From Kineococcus radiotolerans SRS30216 = ATCC BAA-149 (lineage in GTDB: Bacteria > Actinomycetota > Actinomycetes > Actinomycetales > Kineococcaceae), in NCBI RefSeq assembly GCF_000017305.1, contig NC_009664.2:1200001-1232000 (forward strand): DNA of 32,000 nucleotides. Direction: 5' to 3'. Position numbers and translations under genes: made by a program. Positions 14,929-26,404 of the stretch are shown in pieces. Numbering within the stretch: position 1 is the first letter of the stretch; each line of letters opens with the position of its first letter. Below the pieces are notes generated by a model. That model was not told where the DNA came from. It made no database searches and saw only the letters and a list, made by a program, of their open reading frames with translations.

Positions 14929-15558
14929 TCAGGCGTTCTCGCCCTCGACCGGGGTGTGCTCCTCGCGCACGATGCCGGCGTCGGCCTCGAGGGCCTCCAG
15001 CTCGGCCTCGGCCTGGGCGGCGGTCGCGGCGGCGGTGATGACGACGACGAGCTGCTCGGGGTCACCGGCGAGGGTGGTGCCCTCGGGGAGGGTCACGTCG
15101 GAGGCCGCGACGTGCGTGCCGGCGGTCAGGCCCTCGACGGAGACGGTGACGGCGGTGGGGATGGCGGCGGCGTCGGCCTCGACGGAGAGGGTGTTCAGCT
15201 CCTGCTGGACGACGGTCTCGGGGGCGGCGTCGCCCTCGACGTGCAGCGGCACGTCGACGGTGACCTTCTCGCCGCGGCGCACGACGAGCAGGTCGACGTG
15301 CTCGATGAAACCCTTGATCGGGTCGCGCTGGACGTCCTTCGGCAGCACCAGGTGCGAGGTGCCGTCCACGTCGATGTCGAGCAGCACGTTGGAGTTGCGC
15401 AGCGCGATCATGGTCTCGTGGCCCGGCAGCGTCACGTGCACCGGCGCCTCGCCGTGGCCGTAGACGACCGCGGGGATCTTGCTGGCGCGGCGGATGGTGC
15501 GGGCGGCGCCCTTGCCGAAGCTGGTGCGGACCTCGGCGGTGAGCTTGGTCTCGGCCAT
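14929..15558 (-). CDS. rplY: 50S ribosomal protein L25 / general stress protein Ctc
   Basis: The ATG at 15558 has a GAGGAG RBS (track ORF is over-extended to 15666). MAETKLTAEVRTSFGKGAARTIRRASKIPAVVYGHG. Acidic Ala/Glu-rich C-terminal tail. Confidence 0.95.
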   Translation of the reverse strand: MAETKLTAEVRTSFGKGAARTIRRASKIPAVVYGHGEAPVHVTLPGHETMIALRNSNVLLDIDVDGTSHLVLPKDVQRDPIKGFIEHVDLLVVRRGEKVTVDVPLHVEGDAAPETVVQQELNTLSVEADAAAIPTAVTVSVEGLTAGTHVAASDVTLPEGTTLAGDPEQLVVVITAAATAAQAEAELEALEADAGIVREEHTPVEGENA

Positions 15559-15696
15559 GGTGGATCTCCTCGTTCTCGGGGCTTCCTGATTTCGACCCCG
15601 GGAGGACGCGACGGCGCGAACATCGTCCACTCCACCGCGTCGATCACGGTGACGCTCGCGCGTCACCCTCGCCGAGGCAACCGCGCACCAGCATAA

Positions 15697-15726
15697 CGGC
15701 TCGCCGGGGTCGCCCCCGACGAGCCG
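15697..15726 (-). terminator. GC-rich hairpin just downstream of prs (candidate terminator/attenuator)
   Basis: cggctcgccgggg (15697-15709) pairs with ccccgacgagccg (15714-15726): 12 bp, one mismatch, 4-nt loop. Only a weak U-tract follows on the minus strand (GUUAUGCUGG). Confidence 0.35.
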
Positions 15727-15747
15727 CCGTCGCTCAGCGGCGACCGC

Positions 15748-16725
15748 TCAGCTGTGGCCGTCGAACAGGCTGGTGACCGACCCGTCGTCGAAGACCTCGC
15801 GGATCGCGCGGGCCAGCAGCGGGGCGATGGAGAGCACCTTCAGCTGCGGGAACTGCTGGGACTCGCTGATCGGCAGCGTGTTGGTCACCACGAGCTCGGA
15901 GATCGGCGAGTTCTTCAGCCGGTCCACCGCCGGGCCGGACAGCACGGCGTGGGTGGCGGTGGCGATGACGTCGGCGGCGCCGTTGGCCTTGAGCGCCTCG
16001 GCCGCCTGGACGATGGTGCCGGCGGTGTCGATGAGGTCGTCGACGAGGACGCAGGTGCGGCCCTCGACGTCACCGACGACCTCGTGCACCTTGACCTGGT
16101 TGGGCACGTTGGGGTCGCGGCGCTTGTGGATGATCGCCAGCGGGGCGCCGAGGCGGTCCGACCACAGGTCGGCCACCCGCACGCGCCCGGCGTCCGGGGA
16201 CACGATGGTGATGTTGGAGCGGTCGACGCGCTTGCCGACGTGGTCGGCCAGCAGCGGCAGCGCCCACAGGTGGTCGACGGGACCGTCGAAGAAGCCCTGG
16301 ATCTGGGCGGTGTGCAGGTCGACGGACATGAGGCGGTCCGCGCCGGCGGTCTTGAACATGTCCGCGATGAGGCGGGCCGAGATCGGTTCGCGCCCGCGGC
16401 CCTTCTTGTCCTGGCGGGCGTAGCCGTAGAACGGGGCGACCACGGTGATCCGCTTGGCCGACGCGCGCTTGAGCGCGTCCACCATGATCAGGTGCTCCAT
16501 GATCCACTGGTTGACGTTCGAGGTGTGGCTCTGGATGACGAACGCGTCGGAGCCGCGGACGCTCTCCTCGAACCGGACGTAGATCTCGGAGTTGGCGAAG
16601 TCGTAGGCGCTCGTGGGGACGAGTTCGGCACCCAGGGCGGCCGACACCTCCTCCGCGAGCTCCGGGTGCGCCCGTCCGGAGATGAGCACCATCCGCTTCT
16701 CGCCCGTGGTGGTGATTCCGGTCAT
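15748..16725 (-). CDS. prs: Ribose-phosphate pyrophosphokinase
   Basis: The ATG at 16725 overlaps the glmU stop (ATGA), giving 326 aa. Motifs [19 protein letters not shown] and [12 protein letters not shown]. The N-terminal 398 aa of track ORF 15748..17922 is an Arg-rich shadow frame over glmU. Confidence 0.95.
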   Translation of the reverse strand: MTGITTTGEKRMVLISGRAHPELAEEVSAALGAELVPTSAYDFANSEIYVRFEESVRGSDAFVIQSHTSNVNQWIMEHLIMVDALKRASAKRITVVAPFYGYARQDKKGRGREPISARLIADMFKTAGADRLMSVDLHTAQIQGFFDGPVDHLWALPLLADHVGKRVDRSNITIVSPDAGRVRVADLWSDRLGAPLAIIHKRRDPNVPNQVKVHEVVGDVEGRTCVLVDDLIDTAGTIVQAAEALKANGAADVIATATHAVLSGPAVDRLKNSPISELVVTNTLPISESQQFPQLKVLSIAPLLARAIREVFDDGSVTSLFDGHS

Positions 16726-18197
16726 GGCTGGATCTCCCTGTCCGTGCTGGCGGTGGTGCCAGTGCTCTCGTCGTTCGCCCGCTGCGCCGCTTCGGCGGCG
16801 GGAGTTCCTGGGCGCTTGGCGAGGGTCCAGCCCTCGAGGTTGCGCTGGGGGGCCACGTTGATCGCGAGCGCCCCGGCGGGGACGTCCTTGCGGATCACGG
16901 TGCCGGCCCCGGAGTAGGCGCCGTCGCCCACGGTGACGGGGGCCACGTACATGTTGTCCGAGCCCATCCGCACGTGGTCGCCGACGGTGGTGCGGGCCTT
17001 GTTCACCCCGTCGTAGTTCACGAAGACCGACGCGGCCCCGATGTTGGAGTGCTCGCCGATGGTGGCGTCGCCGACGTAGGAGAGGTGGGGCACCTTCGAG
17101 CCGCGCCCGATGGTGGCGTTCTTCGTCTCGACGAAGGTGCCGATCTTGCCCTCGGCCCCCAGCCGGGTGCCCGGCCGCAGGAACGCGAAGGGGCCGACCT
17201 GCGCGCCCTCCCCGACGACCGCGGAGGAGCCGTGGGTGCGTTCGACGAGCGCCCCGGCGCCGACCTCGACGTCGGTGAGGGTGGAGTCGGGTCCGACGAC
17301 GGCGCCGGTGGCGACGCGGGTGGTCCCGTGCAGCTGCACCCCGGGACGGATCGTCACGTCGGGGGCGAGCTCGACGTCGGCGTCGATCCAGGTGGTGGCC
17401 GGGTCGGCGATCGTGACCCCGGCGAGCATCCAGCGCCGCAGGGTGCGGCGGTTGGCCTCGGCGGCGAGGTCGGCCAGCTGGGCGCGGTCGTTGACGCCGC
17501 GGATCTCCCACTCGTCCTCGAGGGCGAGTGCCTCCACCCGCCCGCCGGCGGCGCGGACCAGGGACAGGACGTCGGTCAGGTAGACCTCGCCGGCGGCGTT
17601 GTCGCGCCCGACCCGGCCGAGGGACTCGCGCAGGGCCGCGGCCTCGAAGGCGTAGACCCCGGAGTTGACCTCCCGCACGGCGAGCTGCTCGGCGGTGGCG
17701 TCCTTCTGCTCGACGATCCCCGTCACGCCCGTCCCGTCGCGCAGCACCCGGCCGTACCCGGTGGGGTCCGCCAGCAGCGCGGTGAGCACGGTCACGGCGT
17801 TGCCGCCGGCGGCGTGGGCGCCCGCGAGCCGCTGCAGCGTCGCGCTCGACAGCAGCGGCACGTCGCCGTAGGTGACGAGCACGGTGCCGGAGAGGTCGGC
17901 GGGGAGGGCCTCCAGCGCGCACTGGACGGCGCGGCCGGTGCCGGGGACGTCGTCCTGCAGGGCGACGAGGACGGAGGGGAAGTCCCCGGCCAGCGCCTCC
18001 CGCACCCGGTCGGCCTGGTGGCGCAGCACGACGACGAGGTGCTCGGGGGCGGTCCCCCGCGCGGCGCGCAGGGCGTGCCCGACCAGCGGACGACCCCCCA
18101 GGGGGTGCAGGACCTTCGGGGTGGCCGACCTCATGCGGGTGCCCTCGCCCGCGGCGAGGACGATCACAGCTGCGGGGACGGCGGGCTGGGTGGTCAC
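16722..18197 (-). CDS. glmU: Bifunctional UDP-GlcNAc pyrophosphorylase / GlcN-1-P N-acetyltransferase
   Basis: 491 aa. [14 protein letters not shown] motif. C-terminal left-handed beta-helix hexapeptide repeats. Synteny with prs. Confidence 0.95.
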   Translation of the reverse strand: MTTQPAVPAAVIVLAAGEGTRMRSATPKVLHPLGGRPLVGHALRAARGTAPEHLVVVLRHQADRVREALAGDFPSVLVALQDDVPGTGRAVQCALEALPADLSGTVLVTYGDVPLLSSATLQRLAGAHAAGGNAVTVLTALLADPTGYGRVLRDGTGVTGIVEQKDATAEQLAVREVNSGVYAFEAAALRESLGRVGRDNAAGEVYLTDVLSLVRAAGGRVEALALEDEWEIRGVNDRAQLADLAAEANRRTLRRWMLAGVTIADPATTWIDADVELAPDVTIRPGVQLHGTTRVATGAVVGPDSTLTDVEVGAGALVERTHGSSAVVGEGAQVGPFAFLRPGTRLGAEGKIGTFVETKNATIGRGSKVPHLSYVGDATIGEHSNIGAASVFVNYDGVNKARTTVGDHVRMGSDNMYVAPVTVGDGAYSGAGTVIRKDVPAGALAINVAPQRNLEGWTLAKRPGTPAAEAAQRANDESTGTTASTDREIQP

Positions 18198-18284
18198 GCG
18201 GGGCGCGCTCCTAGCGGCTCGGGTGGCGTCGGAGGACGTGCCGAGGATAACGGCCCCCGCAGGCGGCGACGGACACCCGCAGAG

Positions 18285-18356
18285 CTCCCGGGAGAGGATT
18301 CGAACCCCTACTGGACGGGACCAAAACCCGCCGTGCTGCCGTTACACCACCCGGGA
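18285..18356 (-). tRNA. tRNA-Gln (anticodon UUG)
   Basis: The minus strand folds as a cloverleaf. Acceptor stem TCCCGGG/CCCGGGA. Anticodon stem GCGGG/CCCGT with loop TTTTGGT, so the anticodon is TTG. T-arm AGGGG-TTCGAAT-CCTCT. 72 nt, no encoded CCA. Same position relative to glmU as the tRNA-Gln in mycobacteria. Confidence 0.9.
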
Positions 18357-18409
18357 CAGCTGTCGCCGGACCATCCTGCCAGTCCCGGTCCGCGCGCCGG
18401 TCCCCACCC

Positions 18410-19123
18410 GTGCGACCACCCGTCCGGCGCAGCAGGCAGGATGGGGTGGTGACGGCAGCCGCGAGCGGACGGTCCCGGTCCCGCATGACCGGCGGCGAGC
18501 GCCGGGAGCAGCTCATCGGGGTCGGGCGCGGCCTGTTCGCGGCCAAGGGCGTCGAGGGCACGACGGTCGAGGAGATCGCCGCGGCGGCGGGCGTGTCCAA
18601 GCCGGTCGTGTACGAGCACTTCGGCGGCAAGGAGGGTCTCTACGCCGTCGTGGTGGACCGGGAGATCGCCGCCCTGCTGGGGTCCATCACCCGCTCGCTG
18701 TCGGGGCGCGGCAGCCCGCGCACGCTGCTGGAGCGGGCCACCATCGCCCTGCTCGACTACATCGAGGGCTCCACCGACGGGTTCCGCATCCTGGTCCGCG
18801 ACTCCCCCGTCACCCAGACCACGGGCACCTTCGCGAGCCTGCTCTCCGACATCGCCCGCCAGGTCGAGCACCTGCTCGTGGACGCGTTCGCCGCGCGCGG
18901 CTACCCCCCGGAGCGGTCGGGGATGTACGCCCAGATGCTCGTGGGCATGGTCGCCATGACCGGTCAGTGGTGGCTGGACACCCGGGAACCGGACCGGGAG
19001 GAGGTCGCGGCGCACCTGGTCAACCTCGCCTGGAACGGGCTGACGGGACTGGACGCCGAGCCGCGCCTGTCGGCGCGGGCCCGGGACGCGGACGAACCGG
19101 AGCCGCCGCGTGAGCACGCCTGA
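18410..19123 (+). CDS. TetR family transcriptional regulator
   Basis: HTH segment GTTVEEIAAAAGVSKPVVYEHFGGKEGLY. The start is uncertain: GTG 18410, GTG 18446/18449 (AGGA upstream) or ATG 18485. Confidence 0.85.
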   Translation: MRPPVRRSRQDGVVTAAASGRSRSRMTGGERREQLIGVGRGLFAAKGVEGTTVEEIAAAAGVSKPVVYEHFGGKEGLYAVVVDREIAALLGSITRSLSGRGSPRTLLERATIALLDYIEGSTDGFRILVRDSPVTQTTGTFASLLSDIARQVEHLLVDAFAARGYPPERSGMYAQMLVGMVAMTGQWWLDTREPDREEVAAHLVNLAWNGLTGLDAEPRLSARARDADEPEPPREHA

Positions 19124-19676
19124 CGCCGTCCACGGCGCGGACGGGACGGCCGCACCCGGCGCGGAGGCGGTGGCCGCTGCCGGCGCGGACGAGGTCGACC
19201 TCATCGTCGCCGCCTGGCGGCGGGAGGCCCCCCAGCTCGACGTCGAGCCGCTGGAGGTCCTCTCGCGCGTGGCCCGGCTGGCCCGGCACCTGGACCGGTT
19301 GCGTCGCGGCGCCTTCAGCGCCCACGGGCTGGAGACGTGGGAGTTCGACGTGCTCGCCGCGCTGCGGCGGGCCGGCAGCCCCCACGAACTGTCCCCCGGG
19401 CAGCTGCTGGTCGAGACGCTGGTGACCAGCGGGACGATGACCAACCGCGTGGACCGGCTCGCCACCCGCGGGCTGGCCGAGCGGCGCCCCGACCCCGACG
19501 ACCGGCGCGGGGTGCGGGTCCGGCTCACCCCCGCGGGGGCCGCCGTCGTCGACGCCGCGATGGCCGACCTCGTCCGGGCCGAGCACCGGATGCTGGACGT
19601 CCTGCCCCGCGAAGAGCGCCGAGCGCTCGCGACGCTGCTGCGTCGCGTCTCGGCGCCCTTCGAGCAGGGTTCCTGA
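19110..19676 (+). CDS. MarR family transcriptional regulator
   Basis: 188 aa. Winged-helix segment LSPGQLLVETLVTSGTMTNRVDRLATRGLAERRPDPDDRRGVRVRLTPAG. The GTG start overlaps the TetR 3' end by 14 nt. Confidence 0.85.
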   Translation: MSTPDAVHGADGTAAPGAEAVAAAGADEVDLIVAAWRREAPQLDVEPLEVLSRVARLARHLDRLRRGAFSAHGLETWEFDVLAALRRAGSPHELSPGQLLVETLVTSGTMTNRVDRLATRGLAERRPDPDDRRGVRVRLTPAGAAVVDAAMADLVRAEHRMLDVLPREERRALATLLRRVSAPFEQGS

Positions 19677-19677
19677 G

Positions 19678-19693
19678 CCCCGGCGGACCGGGG
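19678..19693. terminator. Short GC hairpin between convergent MarR and sugar-transferase genes
   Basis: ccccgg (19678-19683) / ccgggg (19688-19693) with loop cgga. It sits in the 30-bp convergent spacer. No U-tract. Confidence 0.3.
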
Positions 19694-19706
19694 TGGCCCG
19701 GGGGCG

Positions 19707-21452
19707 TCAGTACGCCCCGCGGCCCCGCAGCACGGCTCCGGCGGTCTTCCACAGGATCATGAAGTCGAACGTGAAGGACCAGTTCTCGACGTAGCGCACG
19801 TCGAGGCGGACCGACTCGTCCCAGTCGAGGTCGGAGCGGCCGTTGATCTGCCACAGCCCCGTCAGACCGGGCTTGACCAGCAGGCGGCGACGCATGTCGT
19901 AGCCGTACTCGTCGACCTCCTTCTGCAGCGGCGGGCGCGGCCCGACCAGCGACATCTCGCCGCGGAGGACGTTGATGAGCTGGGGCAGCTCGTCGATCGA
20001 GTAGCGGCGCAGGACGCGGCCGACGCGGGTGATGCGCGGGTCGACCTTCATCTTGAACAGCACGCCGTTGCCGTCGGTGGCGTCGCGCAGGTCGATGAGC
20101 AGCTTCTCCGCGTCGGTGACCATCGAGCGGAACTTGAACATCGGGAAGGTCTTGCCGTCCTTGCCGACGCGCTGCTGCTTGAAGAACACCGGGCCCCGGC
20201 TGTCGAACTTGATGACCAGGGCCAGCACGAGCAGCAGCGGGCTGAGCACGACGAGCGCGGTGCCGGCCGCGACGCGGTCGACGGTCGTCTTCGCCAGCCG
20301 TCGCACGCCGGTCAGCTCGGGTCGTTCGACGTGCAGCAGCGGCAGGCCGCAGACGGGCCGGATGGCCACGCGCGGGCCGATGACCTCGGTGAGCGCCGGG
20401 GCGACGAGCAGGTCGGCGCGGGTGGCCTCCAGCTCCCAGCCCAGCCGGCGCAGGCCGGGGCCGTCGAGCTCGGGCGAGGCGGTCACGAGGACCACGTCGG
20501 CGTCGACGCTGGTCACGGCGTGCCGGACCTCGTCGAAGCTGCCGATGATCGGGATGCCGAGCTCGTCCAGCTCCGCGTCCTCGGCGGCGCTGCCCCGCCC
20601 GCCGGGGACGCAGGCCCCGACGATCCGCATGCCGTGGTAGCTGGCGCGGTGCAGCTGGCGGGCCATGCCGGCGACGGCGGCGCGGTGGCCGACGGCCACG
20701 ACGGTCTGGCCGGCCTCGCCGCGGGTGCGCTGGGCGTGCAGCTGCTGGCGCAGGGCGTAGCGGCCGATCAGGGTCAGCAGGGTGGCGATCGGGAACGCCA
20801 CGACGACGTAGCCGCGGGCGATCTCGAGGTCGAAGGCCCAGGACGTCGTCCCGACGAGCGCCACGAAGGCCAGCGCGGCGGTCAGGACGCGGTGGAACTC
20901 CTCGGAGCCGACCCCCAGGAAGCGCGGCTCGTAGGTGCGCAGGGCGCCCATGGCCACGACCCACAGGACCGGCAGCAGGACCGCGCAGGCCACCACGGCG
21001 CGCCCGGAGGTCGTCTCCAGGTTGGCCGGGCTGGTGTTGAAGCGGGCGAAGAAGCCGACGAAGGCGGCAAAGGCGGCGGCGAGGGCGTCGACGGCGACGA
21101 CCTTGAGGACGTAGGTGCGCTGCCACGCCGGTGTCCGCTCGGCGAAGCCGAGCGAGTTGCGCTGACGAGGGACGAGCAACCGCTCGCGCCGGACGGGATC
21201 GGCCACGCCGTCGGCGGGCGAGGTGCCGAGGAGCTTCTCCTCGATCTCCCCCCGTGACGTTCTGGCTCCGGGTACGTCGCTGATGCTCAAAGTCCCCCCT
21301 GGACTGGTACCTCGCGCCTGGTCACCAGGCACGGCACCCGCGGTCGACGCCCCCACGTAGGGACCACCGGTGCGTGGCTCAGCGTAGGGGACAGCCACCC
21401 GAACGACGCAAGACGTGACAGGTCGCTGCGGGATCCCCCCGCAGGAATGCAC
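19707..21452 (-). CDS. Polyprenyl glycosylphosphotransferase (WbaP/bacterial sugar transferase family), priming enzyme
   Basis: C-terminal domain motifs: KFDSRGPVFFKQQRVGKDGKTFPMFKFRSM and SIDELPQLINVLRGEMSLVGPRP. The N-terminal half holds several TM helices and a Rossmann-like linker. The start is uncertain: the maximal ORF begins at 21452, and TTG 21290 follows AGGGGGGA. Confidence 0.9.
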   Translation of the reverse strand: MHSCGGIPQRPVTSCVVRVAVPYAEPRTGGPYVGASTAGAVPGDQARGTSPGGTLSISDVPGARTSRGEIEEKLLGTSPADGVADPVRRERLLVPRQRNSLGFAERTPAWQRTYVLKVVAVDALAAAFAAFVGFFARFNTSPANLETTSGRAVVACAVLLPVLWVVAMGALRTYEPRFLGVGSEEFHRVLTAALAFVALVGTTSWAFDLEIARGYVVVAFPIATLLTLIGRYALRQQLHAQRTRGEAGQTVVAVGHRAAVAGMARQLHRASYHGMRIVGACVPGGRGSAAEDAELDELGIPIIGSFDEVRHAVTSVDADVVLVTASPELDGPGLRRLGWELEATRADLLVAPALTEVIGPRVAIRPVCGLPLLHVERPELTGVRRLAKTTVDRVAAGTALVVLSPLLLVLALVIKFDSRGPVFFKQQRVGKDGKTFPMFKFRSMVTDAEKLLIDLRDATDGNGVLFKMKVDPRITRVGRVLRRYSIDELPQLINVLRGEMSLVGPRPPLQKEVDEYGYDMRRRLLVKPGLTGLWQINGRSDLDWDESVRLDVRYVENWSFTFDFMILWKTAGAVLRGRGAY

Positions 21453-21532
21453 CGGTTGGGCTCACCCGTTCGACGCAATGGTCATGCCACACGACTGTCA
21501 GTGATCAAAACGGGGTGCGGGCCCTCACCGGC

Positions 21533-23352
<1,820 letters not shown>

Positions 23353-23353
<1 letters not shown>

Positions 23354-24330
23354 CAGGACCTCCCTCCGGGAGACGGGGTGGAGACGGCTTCGAGGACCCG
23401 GGCACCGGGGGCCGGTCCGGTGGCGGTGCGCAGCCGCTCGGCCCCGAACAGGGGTTCGAGGTCGAGGGCGAGGCGGCGGGCCGCGGCGGGCGAGCGGGCG
23501 AGCAGGGCGACGGTGGGCCCGGAGCCGGAGACGATCCCGGCCACGGCCCCGGCGCGGCGCCCGGCCGCGACGGTGCCGGCCAGGGCGGGGTCCAGCGCGC
23601 AGGCGGCGTCCTGCAGGTCGTTGGACAACGCCGCGCCGAGGGCGTCGACGTCCCCGCCGCGCAGGGCCGCCTCGACGGCCTCCAGGCGTCCCGGCGGCGC
23701 GTCGTGGCCGGTGGCCTCGCGCCGGCGGTCGCACTCGGCGAAGACGGCCGGGGTGGAGAGGCCGCCCTCGGCGAGGACGAACACCCACGCGGAGGAGGCG
23801 CCGGTCAGCACCGGGACGAGGTGCTCGCCGCGCCCGGTGCCGACCGCGGTGCGCCCGTGCAGGCCGAAGGGGACGTCGGAGCCCAGCTCGGCGCCCAGCT
23901 CGGCGAGGGCGTCCAGGCCCAGGCGCAGGCGCCACAGGGAGTCGCAGGCCACGAGGGCGGCGGCGGCGTCGGCGGAGCCGCCGGCCATCCCGCCGGCCAC
24001 GGGGACCTCCTTGCGCACGTGCACGTGCACGGCCCGGTCCACCCCGGCGCGCTCGGCGAGCAGCCGGGCGGCGCGCAGGGCCAGGTTCGTCCCGTCCAGC
24101 GGGACGCCGCCGACGTCGGTGCCCCCGACCCCCTCGACGGTGATCCCGAACTCGTCGGCGGGGGTGACGGTCACCTCCTCGTGCAGCGAGACGGCCTGGA
24201 AGACGGTGACGAGGTCGTGGTAGCCGTCGTCGCGTCGGGGGCCCACCTGCAGCAGCAGGTTGACCTTCGCGGGGGCGCGCGCGGTGACCGAGGCGAGCTC
24301 GGGGGGCGCGGGGTCGGGACTGCCGGGCAC
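23353..24330 (-). CDS. ispE: 4-diphosphocytidyl-2-C-methyl-D-erythritol kinase
   Basis: 325 aa. APAKVNLLLQVG and VPVAGGMAGGSADAAAAL (GHMP kinase motif). Synteny downstream of rsmA. Confidence 0.95.
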
Positions 24331-24341
24331 GAGGGACGACC

Positions 24342-25244
24342 CTACGGCGTCCCGGCGGGCTCCCCCGCCGCTCGCGCGCCCCCCGGCCGGTGCGCGGCGA
24401 TGCGGGCGAAGTCCGCCACGCCCAGCTGCTCCCCGCGCACCGAGGGGTCGACCCCGGCGGCGCGCAGCGCCTCCTCTGCGGCGGCCGGCGACCCGGCCCA
24501 GCCGGCCAGCGCCGCCCGCAGCGTCTTGCGGCGCTGGGCGAAGGCGGCGTCGACGAGGGCGAAGACCTCCTCGCGGCCGGCGGTGGTCTCCGGGGCGGGG
24601 CGGCGGGTGAAGGAGACCAGCCCGGAGTCCACGCGGGGCACGGGCCAGAAGACCGGCGGGGGCACCGACCCGGCGCGCTTGGCGGAGGCGTACCAGGCGG
24701 TCTTGACGCTGGGGACGCCGTAGGTGCGGCTGCCGGGGGGCGCGACGAGGCGGTCGGCGACCTCGGACTGCACCATGACCAGGCCCTGGCGCAGGCTGGG
24801 GAAGCGGGCCAGCATCGTCAGCAGCACGGGGACGGCGACGTTGTAGGGCAGGTTCGCGACCAGGGCCGTGGGCGGGGGGCCGGGCAGCTCGGCGAGCTGC
24901 ACGGCGTCGGCGAGGACGACCTCGAAGGAGGTCCCGGGCCGGCCGCGGGCGGCGACGGTGGCGGGCAGCTCCGCGGCCAGCACCGGGTCGATCTCCACGG
25001 CGACGACCCGGTCGACGGCCTCCAGGAGGGCGAGGGTGAGCGAGCCCAGCCCGGGCCCGACCTCCACCACGACGTCCTCGGGGGTCAGGTCGGCGACCCG
25101 GACGATGCGCCGGACGGTGTTGGCGTCGACGACGAAGTTCTGGCCGAGGGTCTTCGTCGGACGGATGGAGAGCCTGTCGGCCAGGTCACGGACGTCCCTG
25201 GCCGACAGGAGGGAGCTCAGAGCTTCTTGCCGCACACGGGCCAT
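24342..25244 (-). CDS. rsmA: 16S rRNA (adenine1518/1519-N6)-dimethyltransferase
   Basis: The ATG at 25244 gives 301 aa. Motifs [20 protein letters not shown] and [10 protein letters not shown]. It overlaps the rpfB 3' end by 28 nt. The rest of track ORF 24342..26522 is a shadow frame. Confidence 0.95.
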   Translation of the reverse strand: MARVRQEALSSLLSARDVRDLADRLSIRPTKTLGQNFVVDANTVRRIVRVADLTPEDVVVEVGPGLGSLTLALLEAVDRVVAVEIDPVLAAELPATVAARGRPGTSFEVVLADAVQLAELPGPPPTALVANLPYNVAVPVLLTMLARFPSLRQGLVMVQSEVADRLVAPPGSRTYGVPSVKTAWYASAKRAGSVPPPVFWPVPRVDSGLVSFTRRPAPETTAGREEVFALVDAAFAQRRKTLRAALAGWAGSPAAAEEALRAAGVDPSVRGEQLGVADFARIAAHRPGGARAAGEPAGTP

Positions 25245-26404
25245 TGTCCGGCACCGGCGCGCTGGTACAGCAGCTGGGCGCGGTGGGTCTGCTCGGCGGG
25301 GGAGGCCTGGCTGGGCAGGCCGCTGCCGCCGACGGCCCGCCAGGTCGAGACGCTGAACTGGTAGAGGCCGTGGTACTTGCCGCTGCTGGAGACGATGGAG
25401 GGGTTGCCGCCGGACTCGCAGGCGGCCAGCGCGCCCCAGTTCAGCCCGTCGGAGGTGGCGGGCGCGCCGCCGGAGGACGCGGCGGCCTTCGGGGCGGCGA
25501 CGGGGACGGGCTTGGGCTTGGTGCCGACCTGGACGACCTCCTCGACCGGGGCCACGTCCACGACCTCCCCGGTCACGTCGTGCTGGCTGCGGACGCCGTC
25601 GCGGAAGACGTCGGCGTAGGTGACGGTCTTGGACCCGTCCACGCCCGCGGTGACCACCTTGCGCTCGCCCGCGAAGAGGGTGTCCGTCTCCTCGGTGCGG
25701 CTGCCGTGCGGGAGGGCGACGGTCTCGGTGCTGGGGGCGCGGTCGACGCGCACGACGGTGACGCCGAGGCCGGGGGTGACGCGGTCGGTGACGGGCACGG
25801 AGACCTCGTCGCCCTCGCGGACGGGAACGCCGGCCTCGGCGAGCAGGCCGGCGACGTCGGTGGCGGTGCTGGTGAGGGGGCGGGTCTGGCCGTCGGCGAC
25901 GACGGTGACGTCCTTGGGGGTGGTGACGTCGAGGGCGAGGCCCTGACGGCCGAGGGGCTCGGCGCGGGAGGCGGACAGCTTGGCGCCGTCGGCGCGCACG
26001 TCGAGGTCGGACAGGGCCGCGTCGACGGTCTGCGCGGTGGTCCAGTGGGTCTTCGTCTCGCCGTCGACGGTGAGGGTCAGCTGCCGCCCGTAGCGGACGA
26101 CGATGGTCTGCCCGTCGGAGAGCTCCGTGTCGGCGGCGGGGGCGACGAGGTCGTGCTCGCCGACGGTGATGCCCTGGTCCTCGAGCACGTCGGCCACGGT
26201 GCCGCCGAAGGCGCTGGCCTGGGTGCGGTGACCGTCGGCGTCGATCACCACGTCCTTGTCGAGGGCGGTGAAGGCGGCGGTCCCGCCGAGCACGGCGGCG
26301 AGGCAGGTGCCTCCCGCGGCGATGCGGACGGTGCGGGACGTCTTGCCGGCGGCGGTCAGGAGGCGGAACGGCACGAGGGATCCTTCGACGATGGGCCCGG
26401 GCAC
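25217..26404 (-). CDS. rpfB: Resuscitation-promoting factor RpfB-like (3x DUF348, G5, Rpf transglycosylase domain)
   Basis: C-terminal domain motif [35 protein letters not shown]5-like segment lies upstream of it, preceded by three repeated about-50-aa modules. An N-terminal membrane anchor is present. The likelier start is GTG 26374, which has GAAGGA 7 nt upstream; the maximal ORF starts at 26404. Confidence 0.9.
   Translation of the reverse strand: MPGPIVEGSLVPFRLLTAAGKTSRTVRIAAGGTCLAAVLGGTAAFTALDKDVVIDADGHRTQASAFGGTVADVLEDQGITVGEHDLVAPAADTELSDGQTIVVRYGRQLTLTVDGETKTHWTTAQTVDAALSDLDVRADGAKLSASRAEPLGRQGLALDVTTPKDVTVVADGQTRPLTSTATDVAGLLAEAGVPVREGDEVSVPVTDRVTPGLGVTVVRVDRAPSTETVALPHGSRTEETDTLFAGERKVVTAGVDGSKTVTYADVFRDGVRSQHDVTGEVVDVAPVEEVVQVGTKPKPVPVAAPKAAASSGGAPATSDGLNWGALAACESGGNPSIVSSSGKYHGLYQFSVSTWRAVGGSGLPSQASPAEQTHRAQLLYQRAGAGQWPVCGKKL

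Noticed and set aside
15748-17922. Over-extended same-strand ORFs: 15748..17922, 21533..23935, 24342..26522, 26625..29399, 14929..15666, 5514..6659, 10777..11577
   Set aside because: Only the C-terminal parts match the real proteins (prs, ABC-F, rsmA, tatD, rplY, GNAT, GT2). The N-terminal extensions are Arg-rich read-through over the upstream gene in another frame. Internal starts with an RBS and 1-4-nt stop/start overlaps give canonical protein lengths.
19525-21126. 533-aa minus-strand ORF inside the sugar-transferase gene; likewise 8824..10023 inside the DUF2206-like gene and 3277..4263 antisense to the hydrolase
   Set aside because: These are alternative frames of well-supported genes. 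Their composition is extremely Arg/Pro-rich and they have no motifs.
21453-21532. Possible intrinsic terminator between the ABC-F gene and the sugar transferase gene (cccc-gtttt on the minus strand)
   Set aside because: The only stem preceding the T4 run is about 4 bp (GGTG/CACC), which is too weak to call.
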